This document shows positions 28,134-36,243 of a DNA stretch of 64,000 nt, piece after piece (the stretch's first letter is position 1; each line of letters begins with the position of its first letter). The notes beneath the pieces are model-generated. The model was given only the letters and a program-made list of their open reading frames with translations, did not search any database and was not told the origin of the DNA. The position numbers were made by a program, and so were the translations under genes. Source of the stretch: Chloroflexota bacterium (GTDB lineage Bacteria; Chloroflexota; Anaerolineae; B4-G1); assembly GCA_034189605.1 (NCBI GenBank), contig JAXHUO010000015.1, forward strand, positions 8,321 through 72,320, read 5' to 3'.

Positions 28134-28162
28134 ATTATATCAGATTTCCAGGAGGGGAGCAA
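28134..28162 (-). promoter_or_regulatory. candidate promoter for the liv operon (TTGCTC-17-TATAAT on the minus strand)
   Basis: On the minus strand, the -35 is at 28162-28157 and the -10 TATAAT at 28139-28134. This would give a leader of about 245 nt before the SBP start at 27881. Confidence 0.4.
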
Positions 28163-28366
28163 GAAGCAGATTGATCTGCAGGTGTCTCGTGCATATCATG
28201 CCGTCAAGGAATCGTCTCGGAAGGCCTGGCGCAAGAGTATTACACTTGCACTGCTACCGTGACCAGTCTGCCTTGCCGTCGAATTGCCGATAACGTCGGG
28301 TGAGCTCTCGGCGGCGTAGCGATTGAGGCCAGGACAAGCGTCACGAGAAAGTCAGGACGAACGTAA

Positions 28367-28395
28367 TTGGCATCTGCTAAAAAATGCGGTATACT
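28367..28395 (+). promoter_or_regulatory. promoter TTGGCA-17-TATACT positioned for a leaderless hdrA-like transcript
   Basis: -35 at 28367-28372 and -10 at 28390-28395. Only 7 nt (ttaacac) separate the -10 from the GTG start at 28403, and there is no SD. Confidence 0.5.
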
Positions 28396-28402
28396 TTAAC
28401 AC

Positions 28403-29782
28403 GTGACCGATCAATCTCTTATTCCCCGTGCACTTGTCATCGGCGCTGGTATCGGCGGTATGCAAGCGGCCCTCGACATTGCTAATGCTGGCTACGACGT
28501 TGTCCTGGTTGAACGTCTCCCCTCCATCGGAGGGCGCATGGCCCAACTTTCGGAGACCTTTCCCACCCTGGATTGCTCCCAGTGCATCCTCACCCCCCGC
28601 ACTGTCGAGGTCGGCCATCACGAACATATCCGCCTGCTCACCTACTCCGAGGTCGAGGCGGTCGAGCCCCTTCTTTCCCCATCTCAGGTAGAGGGGCAGG
28701 GTAGGGGGGCAGGGTTCCGCGTGCGCATACGTCGTCACGCCGCCTACGTGGACTGGGACAAGTGCACCGGTTGTGGCCTCTGTCAGGAGAAATGCCCCCG
28801 CAAGGTGCCTTCCGGTTTCGAGCGTTATGCGGGGAAACGTAAGGCAATCTACACCCTCTCCCCCCAGGCAGTGCCGAACAAGCCAGTTATTGACCGCGAT
28901 AATTGCATCTTTTTCCAGCGGGGCAAGTGCAAAGCCTGTGAGCGGTTCTGCCCGGTGGGGGCGATTGACTATGACCAGGAAGACACGGTCATTGAGGAGC
29001 GGGTTGACGCGATCGTCCTGGCCACCGGCTATGACCTTTATGGATTGGATAACATGCCCGAGTATGGTGGTGGCAAGGTGCCGGATGTGATTGACGCGCT
29101 TGCTTTTGAGCGGCTGCTCTCCGCCTCCGGCCCCACCGCCGGCGAGATCCAGCGCCCCTCCGACGGGAGAGTTCCCCGCGAGGTTGTCTTTGTACAGTGC
29201 GCTGGTTCCCGCGATCCCGAAAAGCACCTGCCTTACTGCTCTAAAGTCTGCTGTATGTACATCGCCAAGCAGTCCATCCTCTACCGCCACCGGGTCCACG
29301 ATGGACAGGCATACATATTCTATATTGACATCCGCGCCGCAGGCAAGCGGTACGACGAGTTCACCCAGCGGGCTATGGAGGACGAGCACGTGATCTATCT
29401 GCGAGGCAAGGTCTCCCGTATTTTCCGCAAGAACGACAAGGTGATAGTGTGGGGAGCCGACACGCTCAGCGGGCAGCAGATACAGATCGCCGCCGACCTG
29501 GTGGTGCTGGCCCCGGCACTCTTGCCCCGCTCCACGACGCATCGGTTGGCCGAGATATTGGGGTTGCCAGTGGATGAGCATGGCTGGTTGCTCTCCCTCG
29601 ACTCAAACGCATACCCGGTGGAGACCGTTCGGCCCGGTATTTTCCTGGCTGGCGCTGGCACGGGGCCGATGGACATCCCAGAGACGGTTGCCCACGCCAG
29701 CGGTGCGGCAGCCCAGGTACTCAAACTTTTCTCCCCTGGTTCGGTCGGAAACCAACCAGAGCCTTTGCAGGAGGAACAGTAG
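28403..29782 (+). CDS. hdrA: HdrA-like FAD/FeS oxidoreductase, core plus inserted ferredoxin domain only
   Basis: 459 aa. FAD motif ALVIGAGIGGMQAALD, TLDCSQCIL, inserted ferredoxin CTGCGLCQEKCP and C-x2-C-x3-CP, CSKVCCMYIAKQ, LAGAGTGPMDIPETVAHASGAA. It lacks the N-terminal Cys domain and the C-terminal 2x[4Fe-4S] domain of canonical HdrA. Confidence 0.85.
   Translation: MTDQSLIPRALVIGAGIGGMQAALDIANAGYDVVLVERLPSIGGRMAQLSETFPTLDCSQCILTPRTVEVGHHEHIRLLTYSEVEAVEPLLSPSQVEGQGRGAGFRVRIRRHAAYVDWDKCTGCGLCQEKCPRKVPSGFERYAGKRKAIYTLSPQAVPNKPVIDRDNCIFFQRGKCKACERFCPVGAIDYDQEDTVIEERVDAIVLATGYDLYGLDNMPEYGGGKVPDVIDALAFERLLSASGPTAGEIQRPSDGRVPREVVFVQCAGSRDPEKHLPYCSKVCCMYIAKQSILYRHRVHDGQAYIFYIDIRAAGKRYDEFTQRAMEDEHVIYLRGKVSRIFRKNDKVIVWGADTLSGQQIQIAADLVVLAPALLPRSTTHRLAEILGLPVDEHGWLLSLDSNAYPVETVRPGIFLAGAGTGPMDIPETVAHASGAAAQVLKLFSPGSVGNQPEPLQEEQ
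28667..28714. repeat. pyrimidine-arm / purine-arm low-complexity insert (48 nt) inside hdrA-like 1
   Basis: ccccttctttccccatctc aggta gaggggcagggtaggggggcaggg. The purine arm has a 14-nt periodicity. It encodes PLLSPSQVEGQGRGAG at the position of the conserved GYVGN segment. Confidence 0.65.
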
Positions 29783-29783
29783 G

Positions 29784-31538
29784 ATGGCTCGCATCGGCAT
29801 ATTCGTCTGCCACTGTGGGCTCAACATCGCCAGTACGGTAGACGTGCAGCGGGTGGCCAAGACTCTGTACAACTACCCTGGCGTTGTCTATGCCACCGAC
29901 TACAAGTATATGTGCTCCGACCCTGGTCAGGCACTCATCCAGCAGACTATCGCGGAGCACGACCTGGATGGGGTAGTCATCGCCGCCTGTTCCCCAGCAA
30001 TGCATGAATCCACCTTCCGCAAGGCCGCCGCCGCTGCCGGGCTAAACCCCTACCAGGTGGAGATCGCTAATATCCGAGAGCAGGTCTCCTGGCCGCACCA
30101 AAACGCGCCGGAGGAAGCCACTCGCAAGGCCATTGAGATAGTGCGCACCATCGTGGAGAAGGTGCGTTACGATGAACCGCTGGTGCCACTCACGCTGCCC
30201 ATCATCAAGCGGGTGTTGGTAGTCGGTGGAGGCATCGCCGGGCTGACTTCTGCCCTGGACGTAGCCACTGCTGGGTACCCGGTGACCCTCGTCGAGCGGT
30301 TAGACCACCTGGGCGGGAAGATGACGCAACTCTCTCGCCTCTACCTCAACTTTGACGCCAGCAGGGGCTTGCTGGAGGAACGTGTCGCAGCCGTTGTCCA
30401 CCATCCCCTCATTCAGGTGCTCACGAACGCAGAGGTGATAGAGTTTGGGGGATACGTGGGCAATTTCACGGTGGAGGTTTCGGGTTCCAGGTTCCAGGTT
30501 TCGGATTTGCCCAATACGGAATATGAAACTTTGAAACCTGAGACTCACTGTCTAGATGTGGGGGCGGTGGTGCTCGCCACCGGCTTTGACCTCTACGCTA
30601 AGGCGAACTTGCCAGAGTACGGAGGCGGGCGGTACCCCGACGTGGTGGATAGCCTCCAGTTCGAAGCCATGCTGCAAGCGGGGGAGATCCGCTGTCCTTC
30701 GGATGGCCGTGTGCCTCGGGAGGTCGTCTGGGTGCAATGCGCCGGTTCCCGCGATCCGAACCTCCACCGGCCTTATTGCTCCAAAATTTGCTGTATGTAC
30801 GTCGCCAAGCAGACCATTGCCTACCGCCGCGCAATTCCCGAAGGACAGGCTTATGTTTTCTACATTGATATCCGCTCACAGGGCCGTGGGTACGACGAGT
30901 TCGTCCAGCGGGCGATGGAGGAATTCGGCGTCGTCTATCTGCGTGGTAAGGTGTCCCGGCTCATCCAGCGGGATGGGCGGTTGGAGGTATGGGGCGCCGA
31001 CACTTTGAGCGGCCAATCAATGCGCGTGGAAGCCGATCTGGTGGTGCTGGCGATGGCGACTGTGCCCAGTTCCGGGAGCGAGACATTGGCCCGCCTGATG
31101 CGCGTAGCCACCGACGAAAGCGGGTTCTTAGCCGAAGCCCATCCCAAACTGCGCCCGGTGGAGAGCCTTACGGCAGGCATTTATCTGGCTGGTGCAGCCC
31201 AGTTCCCCAAGGACATCCCGGAGACAGTGGCTCAGGCATCAGGCGCAGCGGCCAAGGTTCTCCAACTTTTTGCCCAGCGTGAGATGGTGGCCGAGCCGAC
31301 CGTCGCCATCGTAGACGAGGAACTATGCGCGGGCTGTGGGCGTTGCGTGCCGGCCTGCCCCTATGACGCCCGAGAACTGGACCCCTGGAGACCCCTGGCT
31401 ACGGTCAACGTGGCCCTCTGTCAGGGCTGTGGGGCCTGTGTCGTCGCCTGCCGGAACAAGGCGACTATCGTACGCAACTTGACGCCAGAGCAGGTGCTGG
31501 CGATGGTAGAAGCGGTGTTGCCAAACCCCAATGATTAA
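29784..31538 (+). CDS. hdrA: HdrA-like FAD/FeS oxidoreductase with N-terminal Cys domain and C-terminal ferredoxin domain, lacking the inserted ferredoxin
   Basis: ATG 29784 lies 1 nt after the upstream TAG, with GGAGGA upstream. N-terminal IFVCHCGLNIAS...YMCSDPG...AACSP, FAD motif VLVVGGGIAGLTSALD, CSKICCMYVAKQ, and C-terminal CAGCGRCVPACP plus CQGCGACVVAC. The track extension from 29574 overlaps hdrA-like 1 and is rejected. Confidence 0.85.
   Translation: MARIGIFVCHCGLNIASTVDVQRVAKTLYNYPGVVYATDYKYMCSDPGQALIQQTIAEHDLDGVVIAACSPAMHESTFRKAAAAAGLNPYQVEIANIREQVSWPHQNAPEEATRKAIEIVRTIVEKVRYDEPLVPLTLPIIKRVLVVGGGIAGLTSALDVATAGYPVTLVERLDHLGGKMTQLSRLYLNFDASRGLLEERVAAVVHHPLIQVLTNAEVIEFGGYVGNFTVEVSGSRFQVSDLPNTEYETLKPETHCLDVGAVVLATGFDLYAKANLPEYGGGRYPDVVDSLQFEAMLQAGEIRCPSDGRVPREVVWVQCAGSRDPNLHRPYCSKICCMYVAKQTIAYRRAIPEGQAYVFYIDIRSQGRGYDEFVQRAMEEFGVVYLRGKVSRLIQRDGRLEVWGADTLSGQSMRVEADLVVLAMATVPSSGSETLARLMRVATDESGFLAEAHPKLRPVESLTAGIYLAGAAQFPKDIPETVAQASGAAAKVLQLFAQREMVAEPTVAIVDEELCAGCGRCVPACPYDARELDPWRPLATVNVALCQGCGACVVACRNKATIVRNLTPEQVLAMVEAVLPNPND
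30476..30538. repeat. nine-heptad (63 nt) dyad-symmetric repeat element, in-frame in hdrA-like 2
   Basis: Units are ggtttcg ggttcca ggttcca ggtttcg gatttgc ccaatac ggaatat gaaactt tgaaacc. The first and last units are near reverse complements, and the arms can pair with G:U pairs. It encodes (E)VSGSRFQVSDLPNTEYETLKP. Confidence 0.8.
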
Positions 31539-31544
31539 TAACCG

Positions 31545-31579
31545 TTTGTCACTGATCATTTGTCATTTACCCCTTGTCG
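31545..31579. repeat. heptad-phased tract (TTTGTCA-type, TTGTC every 14 nt x3) that supplies the -35 box
   Basis: Units are tttgtca ctgatca tttgtca tttaccc cttgtcg. Intergenic, 5 heptads. Confidence 0.6.
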
Positions 31580-31588
31580 CGTTATAAT
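31560..31588 (+). promoter_or_regulatory. promoter TTGTCA-17-TATAAT, near-leaderless for the fhaA-like gene
   Basis: -35 at 31560-31565 and -10 at 31583-31588. ATG 31600 lies 11 nt after the -10, there is no SD, and the expected 5' UTR is at most ~5 nt. Confidence 0.55.
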
Positions 31589-31599
31589 CCCCTCCACGT

Positions 31600-32403
31600 A
31601 TGAGCAAGATTGCCCGCTTCGAAGCCCTGGCCGAGCGATTGGTCGAGGGTACCTTTGCCCGCCTCTTTGCCGGGCGTCTCAGCCCGTTAGAGGTTGCCAT
31701 GCACCTCACGCGGGCTATTGAGGATTACCAGGTACTCTCTCTCGGCGGCATACCACAGGCTCCGACTCACTACTGGGTCTATTTGCATCAGGATGACTGC
31801 GACGCGCTGGCAGTCGAGCAACCAGCCTTGGAAGCAGAGTTGGCCCGTCACGTTGCCGAATTGGCCGCTCAGGCCAGCCTGGTGCTCAAAGTCACGCCAG
31901 TTGTTCACGTCTTGCCTGACGAGGGGATGGAGCCCCACGAAGTGCGCGTCGAGGCACGCTGGATGCCTGAAGAGGCGCCCGAGGTGGAGAAAACCCGCGA
32001 GATGGAGGCTGGCGAAACGGAGGCTGAGGACGAGGCCATGATAGCGCCACAGGGCCGCCCGTTTTTGATACTGGAAGGCCAGCGCCACGTGAATCTCCTC
32101 CAGCCGGTGGTATCTATCGGACGTGCGCTGGATAATGATATCATCATAGAGGATCCGCGCATCTCCCGCCACCACGCTCAACTCCGCCGGCGATACGGTC
32201 GTTACGTGCTCTATGATCTGGGCAGTTCCGGTGGCACGCAGATCAACGGCTATCCCATTGAGGAGTGCGTGTTGCACTCGGGGGACATCATATCCTTCGC
32301 CCATATCCAGGTCATCTACGGTGAGGACCCACCCACTCCTATTCCATTATCGGACAGCGGAGATACACCGCCACTCGCATCTCTGGAGATTGAGACTGGC
32401 TAG
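31600..32403 (+). CDS. FhaA-like protein (DUF3662 N-terminal domain plus C-terminal FHA domain)
   Basis: 267 aa. N-terminal FEALAERLVEGTFARLF is typical of DUF3662, followed by an acidic linker. FHA core SIGRALDNDIIIEDPRISRHHAQL...GSSGGTQING. Confidence 0.8.
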   Translation: MSKIARFEALAERLVEGTFARLFAGRLSPLEVAMHLTRAIEDYQVLSLGGIPQAPTHYWVYLHQDDCDALAVEQPALEAELARHVAELAAQASLVLKVTPVVHVLPDEGMEPHEVRVEARWMPEEAPEVEKTREMEAGETEAEDEAMIAPQGRPFLILEGQRHVNLLQPVVSIGRALDNDIIIEDPRISRHHAQLRRRYGRYVLYDLGSSGGTQINGYPIEECVLHSGDIISFAHIQVIYGEDPPTPIPLSDSGDTPPLASLEIETG

Positions 32404-32405
32404 CG

Positions 32406-32834
32406 ATGGACATTTTGCTGTTAGCATTGCGCCTCCTGCTTGTTATATTGCTCTACTCTTTTCTGGCTGCGGTGTTGGTGATGCTGTGGCGCGACCTGCG
32501 GCAAGCGACCATCAATCGTGAGGCAGTCCGGCCGGGTGGACGACTGATCATTCTGCAAACAGCGGACGATGCACCCGCCGTAGGCACCACTTTTCCCCTG
32601 CAGCCTATTACCTCGATAGGCCGCTCGCCGAGCAACACACTCTCCATCTCGGATACTTTTGCTTCTGCCCAACACGCCCTGCTGACCTGGCGAGAAGGCC
32701 AGTGGTGGTTGGAGGATCAGGGCAGCCGCAATGGGACAATGCTCAATGACATCTACATCAAAGGCCCCACTGTCGTCAGCACCGGTGATGTCATCGGCGT
32801 GGGACGAATACAACTGAAATTGGAGTTAGAGTGA
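32406..32834 (+). CDS. FhaB-like membrane-anchored FHA domain protein
   Basis: 142 aa with an N-terminal TM helix. FHA core TSIGRSPSNTLSISDTFASAQHALL...GSRNGTMLN. Confidence 0.75.
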   Translation: MDILLLALRLLLVILLYSFLAAVLVMLWRDLRQATINREAVRPGGRLIILQTADDAPAVGTTFPLQPITSIGRSPSNTLSISDTFASAQHALLTWREGQWWLEDQGSRNGTMLNDIYIKGPTVVSTGDVIGVGRIQLKLELE

Positions 32835-33625
32835 TGGACCTGGGATTACACGACAAGGTCGTACTGGTAGCCGCTGCTAGCAAGGGTTTGGGCAAGGCTG
32901 TCGCGCTGTGCCTGGCTCAAGAGGGCGCGCACATTGCCATCTGTGCTCGGGGCGAAGAGCATCTGACCAGTACCGCCGCCGAAATTGAGATGAAGACGGG
33001 CCGCCCTGCGCTGGCTCTCCCGGCCGACGTCTCAGACCCGGCGGCTGCGAATGCGTTGGTCAAGGCCACTGTGGAACGATTCGGACGGATTGATATCCTG
33101 ATCACCAACGCTGGGGGGCCGCCTCCGGGGCAATTCCTGGATCTAACCCCTGACGACTGGGAAACTGCCACACGGATGACGTTGATGAGCGCAGTGCGCC
33201 TCTGTTATGCCATAGTGCCGGTGATGAAGGAACAAGCCGAGGGTTCCATCCTGGCTATGACCTCGGTCAGTGTCAAGCAACCTTTGCCTAACCTCATCCT
33301 ATCCAACAGCCTGCGGTTGGGGGTGATCGGTCTGGTCAAGACATTGGCCGATGAACTGGCCCCCTCCGGTATCCGCGTCAATGGTATCTGCCCTGGCTGG
33401 ACCCGCACAGCACGGGTTGACCAACTCTTGCGCGACAGGGCTGGGCGAAACTCGACTACGCCGGAGGAAGAGGCCGCGAAAATCAAAGCCGCCATCCCTC
33501 TGGGACGGATGGGTACGCCGGAGGAGTTCGCCGCCGCCGCCGCGTTCCTTGTCTCACCCGCCGCCTCCTACATCACCGGCGTCAGCCTGCTCGTGGACGG
33601 GGGAATGTACCGGGGATTGATGTGA
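32831..33625 (+). CDS. SDR family oxidoreductase (FabG-like)
   Basis: 264 aa. Cofactor-site glycine-rich motif region and NAGG. Start overlaps the upstream stop. Confidence 0.85.
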   Translation: MMDLGLHDKVVLVAAASKGLGKAVALCLAQEGAHIAICARGEEHLTSTAAEIEMKTGRPALALPADVSDPAAANALVKATVERFGRIDILITNAGGPPPGQFLDLTPDDWETATRMTLMSAVRLCYAIVPVMKEQAEGSILAMTSVSVKQPLPNLILSNSLRLGVIGLVKTLADELAPSGIRVNGICPGWTRTARVDQLLRDRAGRNSTTPEEEAAKIKAAIPLGRMGTPEEFAAAAAFLVSPAASYITGVSLLVDGGMYRGLM

Positions 33626-35148
33626 GGGATAGTGTGCACTTTGAACGGGGTGACTGGCCCTGGCTGGTGAGTCTGTTGGCCATCGGCTGCCTGATCCTTG
33701 GCGCCTTCGCACTCACTGCCTACCGCTTCACTGGTGGCCAGGGGGGTGTGCCACTGGACGATGCCTGGATCCACTTCCAGTTCGCCCGCAACCTGGCCCG
33801 GGGCGATGGTCTCTCTTTTAACCCCGGTCATCCAACGTCCGGTTCCACAGCGCCGCTGTGGACGCTGCTCCTGGCCGTGATGTGCCTCGTTGGCGGCGAC
33901 TTTCCCGTCGCCGGGCAACTGCTGAGCGGGGCCTGCTTCCTGGCCGTTTTGGTGGTCACCTATGCGCTGGGCAAGCGGTTGACAGGCAGTCGCTGGGCCG
34001 CATGGCTGGCCGGGACGGTCGCCGCCACTAACGGGCGTTTGGTCTGGGCTGGCCTCTCGGCACTAGAGACCTGCCTGTTCGCCGCGTTGAGTATGTTGGC
34101 AATCAGCGCCCACTTGGGCGACCGGGCCACACGCCGTTACCGGCTGCATACGGCAGTCCTCTTTGGGCTAGCCGCGCTGGCCCGTCCCGAAGGCTATCTC
34201 CTTTTCGCGCTGGCCCTGGCCGATTTCCTGTTCGCGCTGATCGCGCAGGGACATGAACCATGGCCTACCCGCTGGCGGCGGCTGCCTATTCTGCCCACCT
34301 TGCTCTTTGCTGCTATCGTGTTTCCTTACCTCTTGTTCTCCCTGCACACCAGCGGTCACCTGCTCCCCAACACCTACCACGCCAAGGCTGTCGTCAACTT
34401 CCTGCCCGGCCGCGATTTTATGAGCGTCGCTGCCAGATACCTGATTCTGGACAACCCGCTGCTGTTACCGTTCTATCTGCTTGGCCTTATCCTGCTGATT
34501 GAGCGGGCGCCTCTCCTAAGCCTGTGGAGCATAGGCTTGCCACTGGCCTACGCCTTCCTCCGCGCCGAACTCTACCAACACGGGCGCTACCTGATGCCCC
34601 TCATTCCCTGCAACACGATCATTGGTGTCGTGGGGCTGCTGGAGGCCCGACGGCTGGCTGCACAACGCGGATACCGCTGGCGCGGTTCCCAGATAGCCAT
34701 CGCAGTGCTGGTCAGTCTGTTCGTCGTCGTCGGAACCGGTTGGCGGCTGCCGGAGATGGCGCACTTTTATACCCAAAATGTGAACGAGATCAACGAGATG
34801 CATGTCGCGCTAGGCCACTGGGTGGCGGAACACACCTCGCCGGATGCAATTCTGGCCTTGAACGATATCGGTGCCATCACCTATATCTCCGAGCGGTCAG
34901 TAGTGGACCTGGCGGGACTGGTCACACCAGAGATCGTTCTGCTTCTGCGCACCCCCGATTGGGATTCGCAACTGGTTGACTTTATGGCTGAGCAAGGCGT
35001 ACAGTACGTCATCATCTTCCCCAATTGGTTCCCCGGCCTGGCTGCCCGGGACGACGTTTTGGAACCGGTGCATCAGGTGACGTTGGAACACAGAAGCATC
35101 GCTGGCGGGGAGACGATGGTCGTCTATCGCGCCCACTGGCGCAGATAG
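33622..35148 (+). CDS. polytopic membrane protein, GT-C-fold glycosyl/arabinosyltransferase-like
   Basis: 508 aa. The early loop LDDAWIHFQFARNLARGDGLSFNPGHPTSGSTAPLW resembles the DxxI..A.N...G.G..FN motif of some GT-C enzymes, from memory. Many TM segments plus a soluble C-terminal domain. GTGA overlap with the SDR gene. Confidence 0.5.
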   Translation: MRDSVHFERGDWPWLVSLLAIGCLILGAFALTAYRFTGGQGGVPLDDAWIHFQFARNLARGDGLSFNPGHPTSGSTAPLWTLLLAVMCLVGGDFPVAGQLLSGACFLAVLVVTYALGKRLTGSRWAAWLAGTVAATNGRLVWAGLSALETCLFAALSMLAISAHLGDRATRRYRLHTAVLFGLAALARPEGYLLFALALADFLFALIAQGHEPWPTRWRRLPILPTLLFAAIVFPYLLFSLHTSGHLLPNTYHAKAVVNFLPGRDFMSVAARYLILDNPLLLPFYLLGLILLIERAPLLSLWSIGLPLAYAFLRAELYQHGRYLMPLIPCNTIIGVVGLLEARRLAAQRGYRWRGSQIAIAVLVSLFVVVGTGWRLPEMAHFYTQNVNEINEMHVALGHWVAEHTSPDAILALNDIGAITYISERSVVDLAGLVTPEIVLLLRTPDWDSQLVDFMAEQGVQYVIIFPNWFPGLAARDDVLEPVHQVTLEHRSIAGGETMVVYRAHWRR

Positions 35149-35253
35149 GGGCACTGGGGTAAAATAGGAGCAAATTCTGTATCCGTCGTTGGGAACTAGC
35201 GTGAGAGAACGGATACCCAGCATCAAGCAACCCATCAGCGAAGGAGTGTACCT

Positions 35254-36126
35254 ATGTCTGAAATCCCCATCCGCATCGGCGTCATCGGTGGCAGTGGCCT
35301 CTACCAGATGGAGGGGCTAACCGACGTCGAGGAGCGCCGTATCTCTACCCCCTTCGGCGATCCTTCCGATGCTCTGACCATCGGCACACTAGAGGGAGTG
35401 CGCGTCGTTTTCGTGGCTCGCCACGGCCGGGGACATCGTATCATGCCCACCGAGGTCAACTACCGGGCCAACATCTTTGCTCTCAAGAGCCTGGGCGTAG
35501 AGCAGGTCATCTCCATCTCCGCCTGCGGTTCTCTGCGCGAGCACCTGCACCCCGGCGAGATTGTCATCCCCAACCAGTTGTTCGACTTTACCAAGAAGCG
35601 GGAGTACACCTTCTTTGGGGATGGGCTGGTGGCCCACGTTGGCGTCGCCGATCCGCTCTGCCCGCGCCTCTCGGCTCTCCTGGCCGACGCGGTGGAGGAG
35701 GTCAACAGCACAGTCCATCGAGGCGGGCGTTTCATCACCATAGAAGGCCCTCGCTTCTCCACCAAGGGTGAGAGTTTCACTTACCGTGCCTGGGGGATGG
35801 ACCTCATCGGTATGACGACCTGCCCCGAGGCTTTCCTGGCTCGGGAGGCGGAGATGTGCTATGCGGTAATGGCTCACGTCACCGACTATGATGTGTGGCA
35901 TGAGACAGAGGAGCCGGTCAGCGTCGAGGCGATCATCCGCATCCTTCAGCAGAACACCACCATGGCCCAGCGGGCCGTCCGGCTGCTGGTCCCCCGGCTG
36001 GCTGCCGCCGGGCGCACCTGCGACTGCAAGGACACCCTGACGAACGCCATCATCACCCAACGCGACACCATCCCCGAGCAAGTCAAGCGCGACCTGGTGC
36101 CGATCATCGGAGAGTACCTGGGGTAG
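35254..36126 (+). CDS. mtnP: S-methyl-5'-thioadenosine phosphorylase
   Basis: 290 aa. IGVIGGSGLY, FVARHGRGH, EVNYRANIFALKSLGV and ISACGSL motifs. AAGGAG SD. Confidence 0.9.
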   Translation: MSEIPIRIGVIGGSGLYQMEGLTDVEERRISTPFGDPSDALTIGTLEGVRVVFVARHGRGHRIMPTEVNYRANIFALKSLGVEQVISISACGSLREHLHPGEIVIPNQLFDFTKKREYTFFGDGLVAHVGVADPLCPRLSALLADAVEEVNSTVHRGGRFITIEGPRFSTKGESFTYRAWGMDLIGMTTCPEAFLAREAEMCYAVMAHVTDYDVWHETEEPVSVEAIIRILQQNTTMAQRAVRLLVPRLAAAGRTCDCKDTLTNAIITQRDTIPEQVKRDLVPIIGEYLG

Positions 36127-36243
36127 GTTTTAATCTCGGGCTTTAGTCTCAAGTTGCTGAGTTGGATGCAATCTCCACTGCCCTCCGTAGGCTGTACATT
36201 TGCACCGGTGTGGAATAACGGTACGCCTGGAACCTGAAATCCT

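Noticed and set aside
27748-28293. 181-aa ORF in the liv / hdrA divergent intergenic region.
   Set aside because: It begins antisense inside the SBP gene, has no SD and no recognisable domain, and its composition is erratic. The region is better explained as promoters plus a leader.
28352-29581. 409-aa ORF on the minus strand, antisense to hdrA-like 1. The same phenomenon occurs at 2572-3330, 9693-10421, 11073-11849, 14027-14788, 16269-17114, 41726-42580, 49144-49920, 59559-60359 and 61534-62466.
   Set aside because: Each lies entirely opposite a CDS with clear family motifs. The translations are Arg/Gly/Pro/Ala-rich with no recognisable motifs and no SD. Long antisense ORFs are expected in ~60% GC DNA.
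29574-29783. N-terminal extension of hdrA-like 2 given by the ORF track. Similar extensions occur at 21420-21596, 22157-22300, 46798-46872, 49934-50101, 55113-55178 and 50001-50043 (minus strand).
   Set aside because: The extensions overlap the preceding conserved gene or a predicted promoter, and they encode low-complexity sequence. An internal start with an SD, or a start-stop overlap, coincides with the beginning of family homology.
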